DNA of 17,066 bases from a candidate division WOR-3 bacterium (GTDB lineage Bacteria > Hydrothermota > Tepidihabitantia > SM23-42 > JAOAFX01): the NCBI GenBank assembly GCA_037444665.1, contig JBBILZ010000051.1, positions 1-17,066 on the forward strand. Reading direction: 5' to 3'. Below, piece by piece: positions 9,354 to 15,675 of this stretch (positions are counted from its first letter, which is position 1; each line of letters opens with the position of its first letter). The position numbers and the translations under genes are program-made. The notes beneath the pieces were generated by a model. That model had not been told where the DNA came from. It saw only the letters and a list, made by a program, of their open reading frames with translations, and did not search any database.

Positions 9354-12335
9354 CTACTTTTTCTTTTGCTTTCCAGCTCTAAAAGTAATTTTTTCTTTAA
9401 ATAATGTAGCAATGTGTTTTATATATTTCTCTGCGGCAGCAGACTTTGCCTCTTCCTGGGCAGCAGCAACTTCTGTGGCAGGTAATACCTCAGTTAACTT
9501 GTTAAAAAGTTCGTGTGCCATATTTAATAAATTTTTATCTTTAGTTTCATGGGTAAGAACAAAACAAATAAGCTTAAGTGCCAAGGTTTCATTACCCGTT
9601 ACTGATAATAAATCTGCGAAGAGATACATAATATCATTTAAATCTTCTATGTAATTATTTTGCAAAATCATTTGCACTGCTTTAAAAAGATTTTTTTTTG
9701 CGGATTCGTAATCTTTTGCAGCAATAAAAACTCTACCCATATTCATATATGATTTCATTTCACCACTGGTATCATTAAGGCTCTGACTAATCTTTTGCCA
9801 TTCACTGAACAAAGTGAGGGCATCTTTATATCGTTTTTGCATAAATGCTACATCACCGAGGTTAATCAAAGAAGTAGCAATCCCCATGCGGTCGCCTATT
9901 TCCTGTCTGATTTTTAGACTTTGTTCAAACACCTCTTTTGCATCATCAATCTCATTAAGCGCCTTATGCACAAGACCAAGATTATTCAGGGTATTTGCAA
10001 CATTTATTTTATCGCCAAATTCCTGATCAAAATTTAGTTCCTCTAAAAAAATTTTCTTTGCTTCCTTATCATTACCAGTCGCGTGTAACACAAGCGCGAT
10101 ATTGGTATTTGCAAAAGCAACCCCTTTTTTATACCCTATCTTTTCCGCAATCATTTTACTCTTTTCAAAAAGTTCTTTTGCCTCATCAAATTCCTCAAGC
10201 ACATATGAAATAACACCAAGATTGTTATAGGCACCTGCGATTTGTTTATCATGATTTAATTCCTTCGCTATCTCAAGCCAGTTATTATACATCTTTCTTG
10301 ATTCTTCAAACCTGGAACGCATATATAAAACATTACCGAGCGTATTAAAACAAGCGCCAATATCCTCCTTATTTTTATATTTTCGCGCTATTTCAAGACT
10401 GCGATTCAATAATTTTATTGCGTCCTCATAAAAACCAAGCTGGTATAGAAATGTCGCCTGCTTGTTGTAAATTTTTCCCATTAATGGATTTTCAATAATT
10501 TTACTATGTTTTACTCTTTTCTCTTTTTTCCCTAATCTATCAATGATTCTTTGCAAACTTTCAGCACCTTCTTTTAACCAACCATTGGAATCATATATCA
10601 GAAAAATGCCCATCAATGATTTCTCAATTAATTTCTCATCTCCTTTTTCAACAATGCCTGACCAGGCAGTACGGATATTATCCAGTTCGTTTTTTACTTC
10701 GGTTACTATGCTAACATCCTGAGCGCTCTGAAAATCTTCTTTTATCCTGTCCACAAATTCAGCATAAAATTCATAAAAAAGATTCGTAGTCTGTTGCTCA
10801 ACCTCTGGCATTGTCCGCAATTTTTCCCCTGCATACTGACGTAATACACCAATAATTTCATAATATCCTGAAGAATCACGCAAAAGTAGAGATTTATCAA
10901 TAAGTGAAGTCAAAAGAGGAAGTGTTGCTCCAGCAATTTTTTCTGCAGCAGCCCTTGAAAATTTTCTGGGGAAGACTGAGAGCCGCGCCAATAACTCTTT
11001 TTCACTCGCATTCAGCAGATTCCAGCTATATTCAAATACCGCCCTCATACTATGATGCCGTTCAGGCAAGTCGCGCATTTTGCTTGTAAGAAAATCTAAA
11101 TTTTTTTCTATTTCCTTTGTAATCTCCTCAAGCGATAGAATACGCAGCCAGGAACTGGCGAGTTCAATGCCCAAAGGAATGCCACTAACAAGCTGACAGA
11201 TCCGCACAATATAACCCATCTCTTTTCCTGATGGTGTAAAATCTGTCTTTATGCGACGGGCACTATGTAGAAAGAGTTGCACCGCACTAAAATCGCCAAT
11301 ATCTACTTTCTCACCTGCAGGAAATTCCAGACCCTGCACTTGATGTAACCATTCTCCCTGCAGATTGAGCATTTCGCGTGATGTTACAATAATTTTTACC
11401 TGCGGAGCGTGCTTGAGAATCTCAGTAATTATGGACGCTCCTTCAATAATATGTTCAAAGTTATCCAAAATTAATAATATTTTTTTCTCAGACAGATAAT
11501 TTAGAAGTTGCTCTTTTGGGTCGTGCCGACTGTAAAATGAAAATTTTATCTGGTCAGCAATTGCTGATATAAGAAATTGAACAGAATTCAACGGAGCCAG
11601 AGAAATTAAAAAAACTCCCTGCGGGAATATTTCAATCATATCTGCTGCTGCCTGTAAAGCGAGACGACTCTTACCTATACCTCCAGGACCAATGATTGTC
11701 AGAAGTCTACATTCAGGCATCTGCAGTAAATGTTCAATTTCTAATAGTTCCTTTTCCCTGCCCAGAAATGGCGTAGTCTGGACAGGTAAATTATGAATAT
11801 AGGCAGTAAGTGAACGTATCGGAGGAAATTCCTGGAGCGGCTGGTCAGGGCTTAATAAACAATAGATGAGTTGCGGTTCACCCAAATCCTTAAGCATATG
11901 CCTGCCTAAATCCTTGAGTTTTGCATCTGGAGGTAGTTCACAGACATTCATAACTTCTGGTGTTAGAAGGATTTGACCGCCCCATGCTGCAGATAATATT
12001 CTTGCCGTGCGATTTATAACTGGACCAAAATAATCATCTTTCCGCTTCTCTGCATATCCTGCATTTAATGCAATGCGCACCCTCAATTCACCAATCTCTC
12101 CCCAGTCAATACTGGCAATCTCTTTTTGAATGTCTATCGCGCATTTAATCGGTTTACCTTGTTCAAAACATGCGAAGAAACCATCACCAGTGTGTTTAAT
12201 AACCTTTCCACCATTGACTTCAATATTTCGCTTAATGATCTCATCGTGAATAATCAGGGCTTTTGACATACCTTCTTTATATTGTTCCCATTTTCTGGTT
12301 GAACCTTCTATATCAGAGAAGAAGAATACCGGCAT
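9354..12335 (-). CDS. Class III adenylate/guanylate cyclase fused to a STAND (NB-ARC-like) ATPase and C-terminal TPR array
   Basis: Cyclase: FFFSDIEGST, VIKHTGDGFFACF, LRVRIALNAG, DYFGPVINRTARI. ATPase: HNLPVQTTPFLGRE, GPGGIGKS (Walker A), LLILDNFEH (Walker B), VTSRE, GIPLGIELA. Repeated TPR units (NTLGNV, NNLGVI, NNLGLV, INLGDV). Start ATG 12335 is preferred over 12356 because SD GAGGT lies 5 nt upstream. Confidence 0.9.
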   Translation of the reverse strand: MPVFFFSDIEGSTRKWEQYKEGMSKALIIHDEIIKRNIEVNGGKVIKHTGDGFFACFEQGKPIKCAIDIQKEIASIDWGEIGELRVRIALNAGYAEKRKDDYFGPVINRTARILSAAWGGQILLTPEVMNVCELPPDAKLKDLGRHMLKDLGEPQLIYCLLSPDQPLQEFPPIRSLTAYIHNLPVQTTPFLGREKELLEIEHLLQMPECRLLTIIGPGGIGKSRLALQAAADMIEIFPQGVFLISLAPLNSVQFLISAIADQIKFSFYSRHDPKEQLLNYLSEKKILLILDNFEHIIEGASIITEILKHAPQVKIIVTSREMLNLQGEWLHQVQGLEFPAGEKVDIGDFSAVQLFLHSARRIKTDFTPSGKEMGYIVRICQLVSGIPLGIELASSWLRILSLEEITKEIEKNLDFLTSKMRDLPERHHSMRAVFEYSWNLLNASEKELLARLSVFPRKFSRAAAEKIAGATLPLLTSLIDKSLLLRDSSGYYEIIGVLRQYAGEKLRTMPEVEQQTTNLFYEFYAEFVDRIKEDFQSAQDVSIVTEVKNELDNIRTAWSGIVEKGDEKLIEKSLMGIFLIYDSNGWLKEGAESLQRIIDRLGKKEKRVKHSKIIENPLMGKIYNKQATFLYQLGFYEDAIKLLNRSLEIARKYKNKEDIGACFNTLGNVLYMRSRFEESRKMYNNWLEIAKELNHDKQIAGAYNNLGVISYVLEEFDEAKELFEKSKMIAEKIGYKKGVAFANTNIALVLHATGNDKEAKKIFLEELNFDQEFGDKINVANTLNNLGLVHKALNEIDDAKEVFEQSLKIRQEIGDRMGIATSLINLGDVAFMQKRYKDALTLFSEWQKISQSLNDTSGEMKSYMNMGRVFIAAKDYESAKKNLFKAVQMILQNNYIEDLNDIMYLFADLLSVTGNETLALKLICFVLTHETKDKNLLNMAHELFNKLTEVLPATEVAAAQEEAKSAAAEKYIKHIATLFKEKITFRAGKQKKK

Positions 12336-12397
12336 CTTAAACCTCGCCCTTAACATAGAAATGGCATTCTATGTTTTTAATATTCACCATCATAAAC

Positions 12398-12425
12398 ATT
12401 ATATATAAATTTTTATATCTGTAAA
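12398..12425 (-). promoter_or_regulatory. Sigma70-type promoter for the cyclase-STAND-TPR gene
   Basis: Minus strand TTTACA (12425-12420), 16-bp spacer, TATAAT (12403-12398); divergent from the tRNA promoter. The region is AT-rich, so a chance match is possible. Confidence 0.55.
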
Positions 12426-12452
12426 TGCCATAATATGTTTCTTCTGCTTTCA

Positions 12453-12480
12453 TTGACAAGTTATGTAAATTGAATATAAT
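12453..12480 (+). promoter_or_regulatory. Sigma70-type promoter for tRNA-Ser(TGA) and probably downstream genes
   Basis: TTGACA 12453-12458, 16-bp spacer, TATAAT 12475-12480, 10 nt upstream of the tRNA 5' end. Confidence 0.85.
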
Positions 12481-12490
12481 ATCAAAGTCT

Positions 12491-12574
12491 GGAGGGCTAG
12501 TCCTAACTGGTAAGGCAGCGGACTTGAAATCCGCCGGGAGCAATCCCATGGGGGTTCGAATCCCTCGCCCTCCG
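12491..12574 (+). tRNA. tRNA-Ser (anticodon TGA), CCA not encoded
   Basis: Acceptor GGAGGGC/GCCCTCC plus G discriminator; anticodon arm GCGGA-CT TGA AA-TCCGC; long variable arm GGGA GCAA TCCC; T arm GGGGG TTCGAAT CCCTC. Confidence 0.95.
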
Positions 12575-12598
12575 TTTAACTAAAAGATGGATACGGGC

Positions 12599-12760
12599 TT
12601 CGCAACCGTATAACGATTAAAAGAATGGTCTTTGGTTATAGAGCATGGCTGCCAGTATGGTTTAAGGGCGTGGTTTGTTTGATGAGAAGTTTTTTCTGGT
12701 AGAGCAAAGATTAAGGATTAAGAGATGATGTGTGAGAACAGGTTAACGAGGGGGATTAGA
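12599..12760 (+). repeat. Direct repeat copy 1 (162 bp)
   Basis: Aligns by eye to 12849-13011 with 9 substitutions and one 1-nt indel (about 94% identity); start-to-start distance 250 bp. Confidence 0.95.
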
Positions 12761-12796
12761 AACAGATGGTTGTTAGTTTGTGGGTTGGGATGCTTG

Positions 12797-12836
12797 ACCC
12801 CTCACCCTTACCCTCTAGAGGATTAAGGTGAGGGGT
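12797..12836. repeat. GC-rich palindrome (REP-like hairpin) between the two direct repeats
   Basis: ACCCCTCACC (12797-12806) / GGTGAGGGGT (12827-12836) perfect 10-bp inverted repeat, with further inner pairing CCT-CTAG-AGG. Confidence 0.8.
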
Positions 12837-12848
12837 GACGAAACGCTT

Positions 12849-13011
12849 TTCGCAATCGTATAACGATTAGAAGAATGGTCTTTGGTTATATGGCATGGCT
12901 GCCAGTATGGTTTAAGGACGTGGGTTGCTTGATGAGAAATTTTTGTCTGGTAGAGCAAAGATTAAGGATTAAGGGATGATGTGTGAGAACAGGTTAACGA
13001 GGGGGATTAGA
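12849..13011 (+). repeat. Direct repeat copy 2 (163 bp)
   Basis: Second copy of 12599-12760. Confidence 0.95.
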
Positions 13012-13055
13012 GGTCTCCACGAACTTTTCGGTTATGTTTAGAAAAGTGAGTGGAG

Positions 13056-13079
13056 AAAAGGGGGAAACTTCCCCCTTTT
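13056..13079. terminator. Bidirectional intrinsic-terminator-like hairpin abutting the 5' end of tRNA-Ser(GCT)
   Basis: AAAAGGGGGA-AACT-TCCCCCTTTT perfect 10-bp stem with A4/T4 flanks. Function as a terminator is inferred; the U tract is only 4 nt. Confidence 0.5.
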
Positions 13080-13168
13080 GGAGAGGTGGCCGAGTGGTCG
13101 AAGGCACCCGCTTGCTAAGCGGTTTCCTGTCGAAAGATGGGACGGGAGTTCGAATCTCCCCCTCTCCG
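13080..13168 (+). tRNA. tRNA-Ser (anticodon GCT), CCA not encoded
   Basis: Acceptor GGAGAGG/CCTCTCC plus G discriminator; D arm GCCGAGTGGTCGAAGGC; anticodon loop TT GCT AA; long variable arm TCCTGTC GAAA GATGGGA; T arm GGGAG TTCGAAT CTCCC. Confidence 0.95.
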
Positions 13169-13256
13169 TTAGCACCATTTTTTTCTGAAAACTTATGAAT
13201 ATAACAAAAATAAACAACTTAAGAAGAAAAAGCAGTGAGATTCGTCTTTATATTTT

Positions 13257-14726
13257 ATGAATCAAGAGATTAGAGTAAGGATTGCACCAAGCCCGACCGG
13301 TTTTTTCCATATTGGGAGTGCACGCACCGCATTATATAACTGGCTCTTTGCCCGTCATAATAATGGCAAATTTATTTTAAGAATTGAAGACACTGATATT
13401 ACTCGTTCTTCAAAGGATATGACCAAAATTATCTTTGATGCCCTGACCTGGCTCGGACTGGACTGGGATGAAGGTCCGGACAAAGGTGGTGAATACGGAC
13501 CATATTTCCAGTCTGAACGTAAAGAAATTTATAAACAATATGCCCAAAAACTTATTGCTCAAAACAATGCTTACTGGTGTTATTGCACTCCTGAAGAGAT
13601 AGAAAAAGAACGTAATGAATTTTTCAGTAAAAAAATGAACTGGCAGCACCGCTGCCGTGATAAATTTACTCAGGATGAAATTGCCCATCGTGAAAAATCA
13701 GGCATCCTACCTGCATTGAGATTCATTGTTCCTCTTGATAAAAAAATTCTATTTAATGACCTAATACATGGAACTGTGGAAAAAATTGGAGCGGATATGG
13801 AAGATTTTGTAATCATAAAATCTGATGGGATGCCAACATATAATTTTGCCTGTGTGATTGATGACCACTTAATGAAAATAAGCCATATCATAAGGGGAGT
13901 AGAACATATTGCCAATACGCCCAAACAATTATTACTGTATGAAGCATTAGGTTTTTCAGCTCCCCAATTTGCCCATCTTCCAGTAATCCTTGGCACTGAC
14001 AAAAAGAAACTTTCAAAAAGGCTTGGTGCCCGTTCAGTTCTGGATTATAAAAATGAAGGGTATATTCCAGAGGCGCTAATAAATTTTCTTGCTCTTTTAG
14101 GCTGGTCTCCTGGTAATGACGAAGAGATTATGGACTCCAGACGATTAATTGAACTTTTTTCACTGGAACGAATCAATCCTGCCAATGCAATATACGATGA
14201 AACAAAATTAGACTGGATGAACAATCACTATATCATAAATAAAATAGATGAAAAAAAATTCCTCGAACTAATTATTCCTTATGTCTTAAACAGTGGCTTT
14301 ATTACTGAAGAAGATTATAAAAAAAAGAGAGAATGGGTAGCACAAATTTGTTTATTAATGCGCCCGAGGTTAAAAATTTTAAAGGATATTGTTAAAGCAA
14401 AATATTTTTTTACAGATGAGTTTGAATATGAAGAGAAAGCATTACACAAATATCTGAATGATGCAAGTATTACACGCGTTAAAGAATTTAAAATCTTGCT
14501 GGAATCTCTAAACAATTTTAATGCAAAAAGTATAGAAGATAGTTTAAGAAATTTTTGTGCAGAGAAAAGTTTAAAACCTAAGGACTTAATTCATCCACTG
14601 CGTGTATATATTACCGGCACTGAAGCAGGACCTGGACTCTTTGAAACAATGGAACTCATTGGTAAAGATAGTTGTATGAAAAGAATTTCCCGAACCATTG
14701 AGAAATATGACCAAAGAACAAACTGA
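13257..14726 (+). CDS. gltX: Glutamate--tRNA ligase
   Basis: RVRIAPSPTGFFHIGSART (HIGH-type), LRIEDTD, YFQSER, AYWCYCT, IDDHLMKISHIIRGVEH, KKLSKR (KMSKS-type); full length including the anticodon-binding domain. Confidence 0.98.
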   Translation: MNQEIRVRIAPSPTGFFHIGSARTALYNWLFARHNNGKFILRIEDTDITRSSKDMTKIIFDALTWLGLDWDEGPDKGGEYGPYFQSERKEIYKQYAQKLIAQNNAYWCYCTPEEIEKERNEFFSKKMNWQHRCRDKFTQDEIAHREKSGILPALRFIVPLDKKILFNDLIHGTVEKIGADMEDFVIIKSDGMPTYNFACVIDDHLMKISHIIRGVEHIANTPKQLLLYEALGFSAPQFAHLPVILGTDKKKLSKRLGARSVLDYKNEGYIPEALINFLALLGWSPGNDEEIMDSRRLIELFSLERINPANAIYDETKLDWMNNHYIINKIDEKKFLELIIPYVLNSGFITEEDYKKKREWVAQICLLMRPRLKILKDIVKAKYFFTDEFEYEEKALHKYLNDASITRVKEFKILLESLNNFNAKSIEDSLRNFCAEKSLKPKDLIHPLRVYITGTEAGPGLFETMELIGKDSCMKRISRTIEKYDQRTN

Positions 14727-15282
14727 AACAAAGCAACCTGTATCAATAATTGAAGCCTATTTAAGTTTACCCGCATTTTTATCAATCATTTCTTCTTCAA
14801 TTGAAACATTTAAAAAAGAGACTATTGGTTATTTAATCGGTGTGAAGGGTGAGAACAAATTTGTTGTTGAATATGCAATCCCTTACCAGACTGCTGATAG
14901 CGGATTTGCCCATGCCACCCTGGATATGAAAAGGGTGGAAAGGGTTAATGCAATATTACAAAAACTTTCTGAAGGACTTGAATATATCGGAGATTTTCAC
15001 TCCCATACTATTTTTGGTAATGCGCGCGCAAAAATAACACCATCATCCGAGGATTTATTGACCACAGTACCAGGGGAATTGAATATCATCTGCGCGGTGA
15101 ATCTAAAAAAAAGGTCAATAAACTGGCAGGAAGATAAAAGAGGGGTGCTCATTGGAACGATAGATGATTACAGAATTGAAATTGGTGGTTACTTTGTGAA
15201 AAAACCTGGATTTGGAAAAAAATACCAGAGGGTCAGGATTAAATGTCCCTCTATAACTGGCATTGACCTTAATAAAAAATAA
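14707..15282 (+). CDS. JAB/MPN (Mov34) domain putative zinc metalloprotease
   Basis: KETIGYLIG (catalytic Glu position), IGDFHSHT...PSSEDL, i.e. JAMM-type E...HSH...SxxD. ATG 14707 is the first ATG (the track starts at TTG 14698); overlaps the gltX end by 20 nt. Confidence 0.8.
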   Translation: MTKEQTETKQPVSIIEAYLSLPAFLSIISSSIETFKKETIGYLIGVKGENKFVVEYAIPYQTADSGFAHATLDMKRVERVNAILQKLSEGLEYIGDFHSHTIFGNARAKITPSSEDLLTTVPGELNIICAVNLKKRSINWQEDKRGVLIGTIDDYRIEIGGYFVKKPGFGKKYQRVRIKCPSITGIDLNKK

Positions 15283-15660
15283 ATGGAAATCTTTGGTATC
15301 GGAATTGATATTATTGAAGTAATGAGGATTAAATCAGCGATTGAAAAAAATAAGGCATTTATGAATCGTATCTTTTGTGCAGAAGAGATTAAATTCTCTG
15401 AGCGCGGGGTCTTCCGCTATGAAGAACTCGCTGGCAGGTTTGCAGTAAAAGAGGCTGTGCTAAAGGCTTTAAAAATTGGCTGGCGTCAGGGTATCGGATT
15501 TAAAGATATTGCCGTGCTCAATGAGAAGAGCGGTGCCCCATATGTAATTCTAAATGGTCGTGCAAAAGAAATATGTGATAATTTGGAGATAAAAAAAATC
15601 TTTGTCAGTATCAGCCATACAAAGACACTGGCAATTGGTCTGGCAATTGCAATGAAATAA
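15283..15660 (+). CDS. acpS: Holo-[acyl-carrier-protein] synthase
   Basis: GIGIDIIEVMRI, LAGRFAVKEAVLKAL, GAPYV, VSISHT; 125 aa; ATG directly follows the upstream TAA. Confidence 0.96.
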   Translation: MEIFGIGIDIIEVMRIKSAIEKNKAFMNRIFCAEEIKFSERGVFRYEELAGRFAVKEAVLKALKIGWRQGIGFKDIAVLNEKSGAPYVILNGRAKEICDNLEIKKIFVSISHTKTLAIGLAIAMK

Positions 15661-15675
15661 AGTGAAAGGAGTTTT

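Noticed and set aside
6627..12490. Minus-strand block as a tRNA-integrated genomic island
   Set aside because: It lies 5' of the tRNA; I saw no integrase or duplicated tRNA 3' end; composition and promoter style match the core genes.
12491..12574. Selenocysteine or opal-suppressor tRNA
   Set aside because: Anticodon TGA reads UCA (Ser); tRNA-Sec would have anticodon TCA and an 8-bp acceptor stem.
12608..12641. Integron attC-like site (GTATAAC...GTTATAG) in each repeat
   Set aside because: About 34 bp, shorter than known attC sites; no L boxes evident, no cassette-sized ORFs and no integrase.
12575..13079. CRISPR array in the inter-tRNA spacer
   Set aside because: Only two ~162-bp repeats; no 25-45 bp repeats with unique spacers and no cas genes.
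9354..15282. Cyclase plus JAB protein as one CBASS/Pycsar-like system
   Set aside because: The genes are divergent and separated by two tRNAs and gltX. The cyclase is class III-STAND, not a CD-NTase, and no Cap2 (E1/E2) or effector gene is present.
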